Assembly (NCBI GenBank): GCA_965195285.1
Contig: CBDAFS010000012.1
Span: 70,421-134,420 of the forward strand
Reading direction: 5' to 3'
DNA from: an uncultured Aminicenantes bacterium
Lineage (GTDB): Bacteria; Acidobacteriota; Aminicenantia; UBA2199
Length of the DNA stretch: 64,000 nucleotides
Below are positions 1 through 9,753 of the stretch, piece after piece. Below the pieces are notes generated by a model. The model was not told the DNA's origin and did no database searches. It worked only from the letters and a program-made list of their open reading frames with translations. Made by a program: the position numbers and the translations under genes. Numbering within the stretch: the stretch's first letter is position 1; each line of letters begins with the position of its first letter.

Positions 1-153
1 GACCCCGATGATTTTGTCCTGAATGTCCAAATCTTCAACAATTTCCATTAAAATCTTATGGATGGTGGAATGAAAACAACCCGGACAGTAGTGCATGCGT
101 TTGGGGAGGAGGGTAGCGGGTTTTTTATATATTTGTTCGTATCCTGGTTTCAT
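1..153 (-). CDS. 2-oxoacid:ferredoxin oxidoreductase beta subunit (TPP-binding), N-terminal fragment; gene continues beyond window start
   Basis: Reverse translation from ATG at 153-151 gives MKPGYEQIYKKPATLLPKRMHYCPGCFHSTIHKILMEIVEDLDIQDKIIGV; CPGC motif typical of KorB/PorB N-terminus; 9 bp after korA stop. Confidence 0.6.
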   Translation of the reverse strand, partial: MKPGYEQIYKKPATLLPKRMHYCPGCFHSTIHKILMEIVEDLDIQDKIIGV

Positions 154-162
154 GGTTGTCTC

Positions 163-1221
163 CTAAAGTAAATTTTCCCGGATATGGTTCAATATCTCAT
201 CAGGTGTGGGAACAATTCCTCCGGTTCGACCGTAGAAATGAACAGGTTTCTGTCCATTTACCGATAACCTGACATCTTCTACCATTTGTCCGGCATTCAT
301 CTCAATAGAAATGAAGAATCGGGTCTGGGGGCGTCCGGCCAGCTCCTCAATTGGCTTTTCCGGGTAGGGCCATAGGGTAATGGGTCTGAAAAGTCCCATT
401 TTTATTCCCTCACTCCGGGCCGTATCCACAACCTTTTTGGAGATTCTCGAGCACAATCCGAAGCTTACGATCACAAATTCGGCATCTTCCAGCTTGTATT
501 CCTCATATCGGACCTCGTTCTCCTTTATTTTTTTATACTTTTCCTGCAGTTTCAAATTGACTTTTTCCATCACTTCGGCCTGGATAAAAAGAGAAGTAAT
601 GATGTTCCTTTCCCGGTTTGATGTTTTTCCGGTAGTGGCCCAGGGTTTGTCGGGTGTGTAGGGGATCGGATCGGGAAGCACCACCTTTTCCATCATCTGA
701 CCGATGGCGCCATCGGATAACAGCATGGCCGGGGTCCTGTATTGATCTGCCAGTTTAAAGGCCAGGAAGATATGGTCCACCATTTCCTGGACCGAGTTGG
801 GCGCAAGTACAATTAAATGGTAATCTCCGTGTCCTCCTCCTTTGACTGCCTGGAAATAATCGCTCTGACTGGGCTGGATGGTCCCCAATCCCGGGCCGCC
901 TCGGGTAACATTGGCAAAGACACAAGGAAGTTCTGCACAGGCAATGTATGAAACCCCTTCCTGCATCAATGAAAATCCGGGAGAAGAGGTGGTGGTCATG
1001 ACCCGGGCACCGGCAGCGGCGGCCCCGTAAACCATATTTACCGATGCCACTTCGCTTTCCGCCTGAATCAATACGTAATTGTAGTTGGGTTCCTGCATGG
1101 CCAGATATTCCACCACTTCGGATTGAGGCGTGATGGGATACCCGAAATAAGCCTGAAGACCGGAACGAATCGCTGCTTCCCCGAGGGCTTCGTTTCCTTT
1201 CATAAATCTTGTTTCAGCCAA
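163..1221 (-). CDS. korA: 2-oxoacid (2-oxoglutarate/pyruvate):ferredoxin oxidoreductase alpha subunit
   Basis: 352 aa ORF; typical KorA/PorA alpha-subunit composition; GGAGGA SD upstream of ATG at 1221; operon with ferredoxin and beta subunit. Confidence 0.85.
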   Translation of the reverse strand: MAETRFMKGNEALGEAAIRSGLQAYFGYPITPQSEVVEYLAMQEPNYNYVLIQAESEVASVNMVYGAAAAGARVMTTTSSPGFSLMQEGVSYIACAELPCVFANVTRGGPGLGTIQPSQSDYFQAVKGGGHGDYHLIVLAPNSVQEMVDHIFLAFKLADQYRTPAMLLSDGAIGQMMEKVVLPDPIPYTPDKPWATTGKTSNRERNIITSLFIQAEVMEKVNLKLQEKYKKIKENEVRYEEYKLEDAEFVIVSFGLCSRISKKVVDTARSEGIKMGLFRPITLWPYPEKPIEELAGRPQTRFFISIEMNAGQMVEDVRLSVNGQKPVHFYGRTGGIVPTPDEILNHIRENLL

Positions 1222-1344
1222 TTTTTCCTCCGTTAAAAAACATTCTATCTGAATCAGATAATTTGCGAAAAAGTAAAATCAATGATGAGGAAATAACTCC
1301 GTTGAATGTCGGTGAATAGGTAGCATAATTTCAGGGAGAAGACA

Positions 1345-1572
1345 TTAACTGACTTTTTTGAAAACAGTGATGGCTGCATCAGGACATATGATGGCACAGT
1401 TTTGGCAGGCAATACATTTCTCTTCATCAGCCAGATAGGCGTAATGCAGTCCGTAATTGTTGGTATCCGATGTGTTCAGGGCCAGGCATTCGGTTGGACA
1501 GTGCAAGACACAGAGATTGCAGCCCTTGCATGTTTCAACGGAAATTTCAACATATCCTTTGGCAGGCATGTC
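1345..1572 (-). CDS. korD: 4Fe-4S di-cluster ferredoxin (delta subunit of 2-oxoacid:ferredoxin oxidoreductase)
   Basis: Two CxxCxxCxxxCP motifs (CKGCNLCVLHCP, CIACQNCAIICP); start moved to internal Met (MPAKGY) preceded by AAGGAGGA SD; ORF-track start at 1620 lacks RBS. Confidence 0.75.
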   Translation of the reverse strand, partial: DMPAKGYVEISVETCKGCNLCVLHCPTECLALNTSDTNNYGLHYAYLADEEKCIACQNCAIICPDAAITVFKKVS

Positions 1573-1680
1573 TTCCTCCTTATTAAATATATTTTTAACA
1601 TTTTTTCCAGGAGATTTCAAGTTTAAAAACCCAAAAATATAATTATTTCACGGGCTGAGGTTTTCCTGAATGAATGACTG

Positions 1681-3399
1681 CTACGGATTGGGGGGGCGCT
1701 TGGTACGATCAATGATATTGGTAAAGGGAAAGGGGATTTCAATGCCTTTTTGGTCAAAGGTTTTTTTAATACGGGTTTTTATTTCACGGTCAATACCCCA
1801 TTGTTTGCCGGGAACGGTTTTGGCCAGGATACGGAAATTGATGGACGAATCCCCGAATGACAGAATACCCTGCGGAACCGGTTCTTCGATTAACAGGGGA
1901 TGCCACTCCCGGTCCTCATAAATATCGTGACATATTTGTTTTAATACAGACAGCACATTTTCACTGCTCTCATTATAACTTACTCCAACTTCAATGACGG
2001 CTCGGGACCACTGATGGGTGAGGTTCGATACATTGGTAATGCTGCCGTTGCGTATAATATGCAGGGTTCCGTTCAAAGACCGGAGCCGGATGGTACGCAG
2101 AGAGATATTCTCCACCGAACCGCTTTTTCCGTCAATCTCCGCCACGTCACCTAGGGCCAGCTGTTCCTCCATGAGCATGAAGAAACCGGCCACAATATCC
2201 TTTACCAGTGATTGGGCACCGAAACCAATGGCCAGCGAGACACCTCCTGCGGCCAACAGGAAGGGAGCATAGTCAATGTTCAGTTCACCCAGTACCCACA
2301 GAACGGCCAGAACCCATAGGGTAATCTTGATGATGGAGAGAGTGATGGAGAACAGGGTCTGGTAACGTTGTTTTCGGTGGCCGGAGATGCCTGTATTCAG
2401 ATCGATTCTTTTGATTATTCGTTTTCCCATCTGTCGGAAAATCCTGATCAACAGGACAACCAGAAAAAAGGCAATGATGATGATGATAATCCCCTTCAGT
2501 ATTTTTTTCTGGAAATCATTTTGCCGTTGTTTTTTCAGAGAGGTAATTTCCCTTTTTATATCTTGGCTTTTTTGCTTGAAGGTGTCTATCCGGTTTTCGG
2601 ACAAATAGATGAAGGTTCTGGTGGTATTCAACCGGGGGATTTCCAGGCCGTTCAGGCGGATTTCCCTGACCTGAGCGGCAGTCCGGTGCAGCAGCTGTTC
2701 GAAGGCATTCTTTGAAAGTTTTGATTTGATTTTTGATTCCCGAATTTCAGCGGTCTTTTCTTCTATTTTTGCTTCCTGTTCTTTTTGACGGTTTCCCAGG
2801 CCTGCCAGTTTTTTGGTCTCACTTTCCAGATCATTGGACAGGATAACCTGTTTTTCCTCCAGCCTTTTGATTCGGGTAGAGATATTGATGACCTGATTGC
2901 CCCTCTGATCGATCTCCTTTTTTTCTTTATCAATTTCATTGGCCCTGTCCAGGGCCCGGACCCTTTCCTGTTCATTTTCCAGTCTGTTGATCAACAGGGC
3001 GATATGATTGATTTCCTTTTGAATGAGCAGGATACTGTTCTCACCGTCTCCGGAGAATTGTCCGAATTTTGACATGATTCGGTTTCGATGCTCCGGGTGT
3101 TCTTGGAAATATTTTAATAAAAAAGGAAAAATCTGGTCCTCTACCAGATTATAACGGTCGATGAGCAGGTTGAATTTTCTCTTGTTGAAATCGATACGCT
3201 CGATCAACTGGTTGGTTCTCTCCAATTTTTCGAATTCGGGAAATTTATTGGGTGCATATTCATCCAGGGTCAATACCTGGTTCTTCAATTCCCGCAGTTT
3301 CAATTCCATTTTTTGGAGCTCCCCGGGAATCCAGCTCTGGGGGAAGAGAATAACGCCGGTCAGTAATAAGCCCAAAAAAGTTGCTTGTCTTTTTTTCAT
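1681..3399 (-). CDS. MscS-family mechanosensitive channel (MscK/KefA-like, with N-terminal signal peptide and coiled-coil periplasmic domain)
   Basis: Signal peptide, long coiled-coil region, several TM helices, C-terminal MscS beta-domain signature. Confidence 0.8.
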   Translation of the reverse strand: MKKRQATFLGLLLTGVILFPQSWIPGELQKMELKLRELKNQVLTLDEYAPNKFPEFEKLERTNQLIERIDFNKRKFNLLIDRYNLVEDQIFPFLLKYFQEHPEHRNRIMSKFGQFSGDGENSILLIQKEINHIALLINRLENEQERVRALDRANEIDKEKKEIDQRGNQVINISTRIKRLEEKQVILSNDLESETKKLAGLGNRQKEQEAKIEEKTAEIRESKIKSKLSKNAFEQLLHRTAAQVREIRLNGLEIPRLNTTRTFIYLSENRIDTFKQKSQDIKREITSLKKQRQNDFQKKILKGIIIIIIAFFLVVLLIRIFRQMGKRIIKRIDLNTGISGHRKQRYQTLFSITLSIIKITLWVLAVLWVLGELNIDYAPFLLAAGGVSLAIGFGAQSLVKDIVAGFFMLMEEQLALGDVAEIDGKSGSVENISLRTIRLRSLNGTLHIIRNGSITNVSNLTHQWSRAVIEVGVSYNESSENVLSVLKQICHDIYEDREWHPLLIEEPVPQGILSFGDSSINFRILAKTVPGKQWGIDREIKTRIKKTFDQKGIEIPFPFTNIIDRTKRPPNP

Positions 3400-3610
3400 T
3401 TTAATGTCCTCTCAATGATAATGAATTTTTATCAACCACTTGTTGATCGGTCCGGTACCCGAGCCGCACCATCTATGGGAAATTATATATCTATTTCCGG
3501 TAAAAAACAATAAAAAGTGGCAAGTGTTCCACTGCCTGAACCAATATTGTTGGGTCTGCGTAGCAATTATAGAAAACATATGGGATAATAGTGAATGACC
3601 AGGAGGTTAA

Positions 3611-4954
3611 ATGAAACCAAAAAAGGACATGAAGCGTCGTGGTTTTTTGAAACATTCGGTATTCGGCATGGCCGGATTGGGTTTGTTGTCCGGTCCGACC
3701 GGTTTGAAATGTAATCAGGTCTCTGCAGACCTGAAACCGGAGCCGAAAATTCGGGAGTACCGTACCTTGGGGAGAACCGGGTTCAGGGTGTCGGATATAG
3801 GGGGTGGATTTCTTAAAGATGCGGGTTTGATCAAGGCCATGTTAACATCCGGGGTAAACTATATTGATACGGCCGAGAGCTACGGCAACCAGAAGGTTAT
3901 CGGGGAGTCAATCCGGGATTTTGACCGAAAGAAAATATTTATCACCTCTAAACTGGAAATCAAGGAAGATGTCTCCAAGGAGGGATTCCTGAAGCGGACC
4001 CATACATGTCTTGAAGAATTGCAGACCGATTATATCGACTGCATGATGATGCACATGCCCGAGAAGCGTGAAACCCTGAAAACCGAGGGATTTCATGCTG
4101 CCATGGAACAGTTGAAGAAAGAGGGACGCATCCGTTTTGTGGGTGTATCCCATCACGGATCATTCTGGTTTCTCGATCCCGAAGAATCCATGGAAAATGT
4201 GCTCCTGGAGGCCGCTGCAGACGGGCGTTTTGATCTCATGCTGCTGGCCTACAATTTTCTCAAAATGGATGGCGGGCAGAAGGTTCTGGAGGTCTGCCAG
4301 CAAAAACAAATCGGAACCGCCCTGATGAAAACCAAACCGGTTAACACCTACCATAAAATTAAGTCACGGGTTGAGCAGTTGAAAAAAGAGGGTGAGAAAG
4401 TTCATGAACTCTATATGAAAGGGTTGGAACGGTATCAGAAAATAGCCCAGGGTGCCGAGGATTTCATCCGCAAGTATCACTTGTCAAATCCGGAGGACAT
4501 TCGCAATGCAGCGGTTTGTTTTGTGCTCAGCGAGCCCCGGGTCAATACCGTGTGTTGTTCGATGCGAAATTTTGAAGACCTGGAAAGATTTGTTGGCCTG
4601 TCCGGACAGCGTCTGACCGGGAATGACCGGAAAATGCTGGCCGCTTATCAGACTCATTGCGGCCAGCTCTACTGCCGTCATGCCTGCGGACGCTGTGAGC
4701 CTGTTTGCCCACGGCAGGTCCCGGTCAATACCATCATGCGCTATGATCATTATTTTGTAGCCCAAGGCCGAGAAAAGGAAGCCATGGAATATTATGCCGC
4801 CATCCCCGGTAATAAAGCCGATAGCTGCCTGGAATGTTCCGGTTATTGCGAGGAGGCCTGTCCCTACGGGGTACCCATTCAGGGTATGCTGTGCATGGCC
4901 CATGAGAATTTATCCCTATCCCCTTTTTCCAAGGTGGGGAGTGTCAATTTTTGA
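3611..4954 (+). CDS. Tat-exported aldo/keto reductase fused to C-terminal di-[4Fe-4S] cluster domain
   Basis: Twin-arginine motif KRRGFLK + hydrophobic region; AKR core; C-terminal Cys clusters CRHACGRCEPVCP and CLECSGYCEEACP; SD GGAGG before ATG. Confidence 0.75.
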   Translation: MKPKKDMKRRGFLKHSVFGMAGLGLLSGPTGLKCNQVSADLKPEPKIREYRTLGRTGFRVSDIGGGFLKDAGLIKAMLTSGVNYIDTAESYGNQKVIGESIRDFDRKKIFITSKLEIKEDVSKEGFLKRTHTCLEELQTDYIDCMMMHMPEKRETLKTEGFHAAMEQLKKEGRIRFVGVSHHGSFWFLDPEESMENVLLEAAADGRFDLMLLAYNFLKMDGGQKVLEVCQQKQIGTALMKTKPVNTYHKIKSRVEQLKKEGEKVHELYMKGLERYQKIAQGAEDFIRKYHLSNPEDIRNAAVCFVLSEPRVNTVCCSMRNFEDLERFVGLSGQRLTGNDRKMLAAYQTHCGQLYCRHACGRCEPVCPRQVPVNTIMRYDHYFVAQGREKEAMEYYAAIPGNKADSCLECSGYCEEACPYGVPIQGMLCMAHENLSLSPFSKVGSVNF

Positions 4955-5002
4955 CTTGACATTTGGAATTTTGATCACTTATAATATCCCAAGGAGAGTC
5001 AA

Positions 5003-5428
5003 ATGAAAAAATATTCACTATTGATCGTTTTTATTATTGGTGTCTCCTTTTTTATAAGCGCCCAGGAACCGGTTCTCAACCTGGGCAAGATTTACTTTCC
5101 CAGCTCATTTGTCCATGCCCAAAAAGACTATCAAAAAGGTACATACAGGGTTTTCCTGGCCACCACGGGTGAAGTTCCCTATTTTAAAGTCTTTAACCGC
5201 AAGAATGAGTTTCTATTTGAAGAGATGGCCATTGTCAAACCGTACACGGGAAAGTATAAGAAATTCAAATACAGGCTGAAAAAAGGAGTATTAAGGGGAT
5301 ATGAGTACTTCAGAATACGGGTGACCCGGCCGGATAATATTTATCTGGCATTTTTCTTTTTGAAAAAAAGAGTTGTCAAGGAAGAGAAACCCAAGAAGCC
5401 CCCGGAAGATAAATCAGCCACTGACTAA
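5003..5428 (+). CDS. hypothetical small secreted lysine-rich protein
   Basis: Signal peptide MKKYSLLIVFIIGVSFFISAQ; SD AAGGAG upstream; no recognisable domain. Confidence 0.4.
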   Translation: MKKYSLLIVFIIGVSFFISAQEPVLNLGKIYFPSSFVHAQKDYQKGTYRVFLATTGEVPYFKVFNRKNEFLFEEMAIVKPYTGKYKKFKYRLKKGVLRGYEYFRIRVTRPDNIYLAFFFLKKRVVKEEKPKKPPEDKSATD

Positions 5429-7752
5429 TTGTCTTTGGTGGTATTGTCGGTGTAATAATAATCAACTATTCTGGACCGGTCCTCTTCAGTACAGAATTCA
5501 AGGGGTTCGGTGCCGGTCAGAAATGACTCCATAAAAGGATACAGACAATCCGGTGTGAGTAACGTGCCGGTATATTTATCAATTTCGACCATGATCACAC
5601 CCGATGGTTTCCTGAACTGCTGGGTCTCATCATATGTTTCCAGGTATTTTTCCATGAATTTCACAAATACGGGACAGGCAGCCTGGGAGCCGGTTTCCTT
5701 ATCACCCAGGGTTCTTTTGATATCGAATCCAACCCAGACCCCGACAGTGATGGAGGGGGCGAAGCCGATAAACCAGGCATCGGTATAATCGTCGGTGGTC
5801 CCGGTTTTACCGCCGATGGGAGCTTTCAGCCATTTGGCCCGCCAGCCGGTCCCGCTTTTAACCACCCCGCGCATTAGATAATTCATCAGGAACGCCGTAT
5901 CCTGTTCAAGTGCCTGTTTGCGGTCCGGGAAATTTTCTTCGATGAGGTTGTTGTTCTGATCCCGGATGGCTCTGATCAGGTAGGGATTGACCCGGATTCC
6001 CAGGTTGGGAAATACTGTATAGGCAGCCACCATTTCATTTAAAGTGACCTCAAAAACCCCAAGGGAAATGGCCATATAGGGTTTGATATCCGAGGTGATC
6101 CCGAATTTCCTGGCATATTCGACGATTTTTTCCGGACCCAGTTGCTCTACAATCCGGGCGGTACAGGCATTTCTGGATAATTCGAATGCTCTCCTCAGGG
6201 TCAGGGGGCCCTTGAAACTCTTGTCTTCATTCTGGGGTTCCCATAACTCGTTCTGCCACTCGTCAAAGTAGGCAAAGGGTTCATCTTCGATGATGGTTGC
6301 CGGGGTGTAGCCGTTTTCCAGGGCAGCCGTATATACGATCGGTTTGAAGGTGGAACCGGTTTGACGAAGGGCCTGCGTGGCATTGTTCCACTTACTTTTT
6401 TCAAAGGAGTAGCCACCCACCATAGCCTTTATTTCTCCGGTCTTATTTTCCACCACCAGTATGGCGCCCTGTACTTCGGGCTCCTGTTCCAGGCCCAGAT
6501 TCAGGGTTTTGGTTTTCTCATCGATATCCAGTATCTTGAAGAGTGTCACGTCCCCCTTTTTTAAAATCCGGTTCAGGGATTTCCGGGTCCAGGCCGCATC
6601 GGCAGCCTTCAGCTGCCCTTGACGGGTGTCCACTCGAATGATTGCCTGGCGGCTGTTGACACTGAGCACAATACCGCTGACGATATGGTCTTTTTCGAAT
6701 TTCAGGTTTTTCCAGTCCGGGAGGACGTGCTCATTGATATCGAGTTGATTTTGCAGCAGATTGAATAGTTTATGATCCGTACGCCATCCCCTTCGTTTGC
6801 TCAAATTCCTCAGACCTTCCCTCAACGATGCCTCGGCCAATTTTTGCATCTCGGAATTCAGGGTGCTGTAAACTTTTAATCCTCCCTGGTAGAGGAGGAT
6901 CTCACCGAACTTGGTTTCGATATATTTTCGGGTTTCCTCAAGGAAGTAATCGCCGATGGATTCTTTGACGGTTTCATGGGGCTCGCCGGGAAGTTCCTCC
7001 TTGATAGCCAGGTCATATTGGTTGCGGTCAATATAGTTGAGAAAAAGCATTCGCTGCAGTATCTGGTTTCTTTTTACCCGGCAGTTTTCAGGATTGGTAA
7101 ACACATTGAAGAGCCGGTTGGGATTAGGATTGATGGCTGCCAGTAGAGTGGCTTCGGAAACGGTGATATCCTTGATGTGTTTTCCGAAGTAATACTGGGA
7201 GGCCGCTTCGACCCCGTAAACACTGGCCCCGAGAAAGATTTTATTCAGGTAGAAACTCAGAATTTGATCCTTGGAATATTTTCTCTCGATCTGAATGGCC
7301 AGCAGCATTTCGTTGAATTTCCGGGAAACGGATACTTCACGGGTCAGGAATAGATCCCTGGCTAACTGCTGGGTGATCGAACTGCCTCCGCCCTTTCTTT
7401 TTCCGAAAATGATTCCGGTTATGGCCCGGAAAACACCCTTGAAATTAATGCCCCAGTGGGAATAAAATTCCTTGTCTTCGGCGGCCACGAAGGCTTCCTT
7501 GACGATATCCGGTATTTCGGAACTTTTCAGCACTTTTCTTTTCTCAATTGCAAATTCCTTGATCAGCATGCCCTTGTCATTGTAAACAGTGGTCATGACC
7601 ACCGGCTTAATATCTTCAAGGTTTTTGATCTGGTTGGGAAATCCCTTCTGGTAAACCAGAATGATTCCGACCAGGGAACCGATCAGCATGGTGAATACAA
7701 TGCTGAGGAAAAACAGAATGATTTTCAGGTTTTTTAAAAGAAAATATTTCAT
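5425..7752 (-). CDS. mrcA: class A penicillin-binding protein 1A (bifunctional glycosyltransferase/transpeptidase)
   Basis: N-terminal TM anchor, GT51 motif EDKEFYSHWGI; transpeptidase motifs STFKP, SRN, KTGT. Confidence 0.9.
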   Translation of the reverse strand: MKYFLLKNLKIILFFLSIVFTMLIGSLVGIILVYQKGFPNQIKNLEDIKPVVMTTVYNDKGMLIKEFAIEKRKVLKSSEIPDIVKEAFVAAEDKEFYSHWGINFKGVFRAITGIIFGKRKGGGSSITQQLARDLFLTREVSVSRKFNEMLLAIQIERKYSKDQILSFYLNKIFLGASVYGVEAASQYYFGKHIKDITVSEATLLAAINPNPNRLFNVFTNPENCRVKRNQILQRMLFLNYIDRNQYDLAIKEELPGEPHETVKESIGDYFLEETRKYIETKFGEILLYQGGLKVYSTLNSEMQKLAEASLREGLRNLSKRRGWRTDHKLFNLLQNQLDINEHVLPDWKNLKFEKDHIVSGIVLSVNSRQAIIRVDTRQGQLKAADAAWTRKSLNRILKKGDVTLFKILDIDEKTKTLNLGLEQEPEVQGAILVVENKTGEIKAMVGGYSFEKSKWNNATQALRQTGSTFKPIVYTAALENGYTPATIIEDEPFAYFDEWQNELWEPQNEDKSFKGPLTLRRAFELSRNACTARIVEQLGPEKIVEYARKFGITSDIKPYMAISLGVFEVTLNEMVAAYTVFPNLGIRVNPYLIRAIRDQNNNLIEENFPDRKQALEQDTAFLMNYLMRGVVKSGTGWRAKWLKAPIGGKTGTTDDYTDAWFIGFAPSITVGVWVGFDIKRTLGDKETGSQAACPVFVKFMEKYLETYDETQQFRKPSGVIMVEIDKYTGTLLTPDCLYPFMESFLTGTEPLEFCTEEDRSRIVDYYYTDNTTKDN

Positions 7753-7841
7753 ATTCTATTTGATAGTATAACACAGCCGCAGGTTTTAGAAAAGTATCCC
7801 GGCCCGGGAAGGCCGTGAGGGCCTGAAAGACACCGGCTTTT

Positions 7842-8834
7842 TCAGGGGAGGGTGCGGAGGAAACTGCGCTTGGCGATTTCGGCCAGTAAAAATATGATCA
7901 GGGCGATCAGGATAAAATAGGGGTAGAGATCCCGGGCCCGGGAGTATTTTTTGGTAGAGACTTCGGATTTCTCCCAGCGATTGATTTCGGAGAATACCTG
8001 CTGCAGTGAATCCTTGTCTGTAGCCCGAAAATAGAGGCCGCCGGTGTCGTTAGCAATCTGCTGCAACAGGGCCTCATCGATCTCCACGTTTACCATGATG
8101 TACTGTCTGCGGCCGAACTGATCGGTAATGGGAAACCGGGCTTCTCCTCTTTTACCCACCCCGATGGCATACACTTTGATGTTGAAATCCCTGGCAATTT
8201 TGGCTGCATCCCGCGGATCGATTTCCCCCCGGTTGTTGACTCCGTCGGTCAGCAGGATAATGATTTTGGTTTTGGTCTTGGCATGGCGTATCCGGTTGAC
8301 CGAGGTGGCCAGGGCCATACCCAGGGCCGTACCGTCTTCCAGCTCTCCGATGGAGGTTTCCCTTAGTACATATCTAAGTAATTCGTAATCAATGGTCAGT
8401 GGACACTTGGTGTAGGAGGTGCCGGCAAAAATCACCAGCCCGATCCGGTCGTTTTGTCGCTCATTGATAAAATTGGATATGACATCCTTGGCCACTTCCA
8501 GTCGGTTCTTGGGTTTGAAGTCTATCGAGGCCATGGAACCGGAAATGTCCAGGGTAATAAGGATATCAATCCCCTGCTTCTTTTCAATCTGATAATAATT
8601 CATCAGCTGGGGCCTGGCCAGAGCCAGGATGAATAAGACCAGGGCCAACAGTTTGAAGAAAAATAAATTTTTGGTCAGGCGCACTTTCAGGGACTGGCTG
8701 GAATCTGCCAGCAGTTTCTTGGAGGAAAAGAAAACAAAGCGTTTTCCCCTTTTTTGCATGAGGAAATGCCAGTAGATCAGCACCGGGACCATGATCAGCC
8801 CGATTAAAACAAGTTTATTGTGCCATTGAAACAT
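7842..8834 (-). CDS. batA: VWA-domain protein, BatA-like (aerotolerance operon)
   Basis: Two N-terminal TM helices then VWA domain with MIDAS motif DISGSM; clustered with DUF58 and BatD-like genes. Confidence 0.8.
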   Translation of the reverse strand: MFQWHNKLVLIGLIMVPVLIYWHFLMQKRGKRFVFFSSKKLLADSSQSLKVRLTKNLFFFKLLALVLFILALARPQLMNYYQIEKKQGIDILITLDISGSMASIDFKPKNRLEVAKDVISNFINERQNDRIGLVIFAGTSYTKCPLTIDYELLRYVLRETSIGELEDGTALGMALATSVNRIRHAKTKTKIIILLTDGVNNRGEIDPRDAAKIARDFNIKVYAIGVGKRGEARFPITDQFGRRQYIMVNVEIDEALLQQIANDTGGLYFRATDKDSLQQVFSEINRWEKSEVSTKKYSRARDLYPYFILIALIIFLLAEIAKRSFLRTLP

Positions 8835-9753
8835 CTTGGTCTTTATTTTCCTCGATTACGATGGCTTTTTGTATTGATATGATGGACTCGATCCCGGACT
8901 TTACTGCTTCAAGATCCGAGGAACCCGGCCGGAATTTGGCAAATTTCACCAGATCCGCTGTGGCGAATATAAATTCAAGGTTCTGTTGGATGGTGGTATT
9001 TTCTTCATTACGCTCCACATACATCATGGTTTCGGCAGTGGTCAGATCCTCGGCATTGAATCCGTATTCCCGTTGGAGATAATTTTTGATTATTTCGGTT
9101 AAGGCGATGAAAAATTGTTTTGCCCGGCCTTTTTCAAGCCAATTCTTTTTGAATAGTTCACTGATGGATGATTCCAGTTCTTCCAGGGGAGAGAGAAGGA
9201 GTAGGGGCCTGGATTTTGTCTGTTGCTTTTTCTTGCGGATAAACAGGAAAATTAAAACCACCAGTAAACCCAGGGCCAGAAGTAAAAAGGCATACTTTAA
9301 GACATAAAACGGATTGCCCCGAATGGAAATCAAGTCCTTGATATCCTTGATGTCTTGATCTGATTTTTCCAATACGGATTTTATTTTGATATCCAGTGAA
9401 TTGGTCGTTTTTTCCTCAACAATTTTGTGATCTCGGATCGTTTTTACCCGAAAGGGCCCGATGGTATGATTCCCGGTTGAAAAAAAAGAGACCACCTCAT
9501 GGATTTCGAATACGGTGTGCTCCCTGGATTTCCGGCCGGGGAAATGATGCTTTGAAATCGATTCGAAGTTTTTCTCAAGAATATCCACTTGGATATTATT
9601 GATTTCCAGAGTGGTTTTTACGACAATTTTCAGGGTAATCCGGTCCCCGATGGTGGCGATATTTTCAGATGCGGACAGGGAAACCTGGAGTTCAGGATAC
9701 AGCAATCCGGTGGCAAGCAGGAAAAAAAGCAGTAAAGGCAGTATGGTTCTCAT
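8815..9753 (-). CDS. BatD-like / DUF4381-like membrane protein (signal peptide + beta-rich ectodomain + single TM + cytoplasmic helical tail)
   Basis: Signal peptide, internal TM FLLLALGLLVVLIFLFI followed by KKKQQ; C-terminal part resembles DUF4381 proteins found in MoxR/Bat operons; overlaps neighbours by 4 and 20 bp. Confidence 0.5.
   Translation of the reverse strand: MRTILPLLLFFLLATGLLYPELQVSLSASENIATIGDRITLKIVVKTTLEINNIQVDILEKNFESISKHHFPGRKSREHTVFEIHEVVSFFSTGNHTIGPFRVKTIRDHKIVEEKTTNSLDIKIKSVLEKSDQDIKDIKDLISIRGNPFYVLKYAFLLLALGLLVVLIFLFIRKKKQQTKSRPLLLLSPLEELESSISELFKKNWLEKGRAKQFFIALTEIIKNYLQREYGFNAEDLTTAETMMYVERNEENTTIQQNLEFIFATADLVKFAKFRPGSSDLEAVKSGIESIISIQKAIVIEENKDQDVSMAQ

Noticed and set aside
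380-661. 93-aa plus-strand ORF
   Set aside because: Lies entirely antisense inside korA, with low-complexity Ser/Leu-rich translation and no RBS; an artefact of the six-frame track. The same reasoning applies to the many antisense ORFs inside the mrp, clpB, PBP and fhs genes (e.g. 20656..21171, 15540..15941, 27875..28462).
3520-3545. sigma54-like TGGCA...TGC element upstream of the Tat-AKR gene
   Set aside because: GG-to-GC spacing is 15 nt rather than the required 12 (GG-N10-GC); not a sigma54 promoter.
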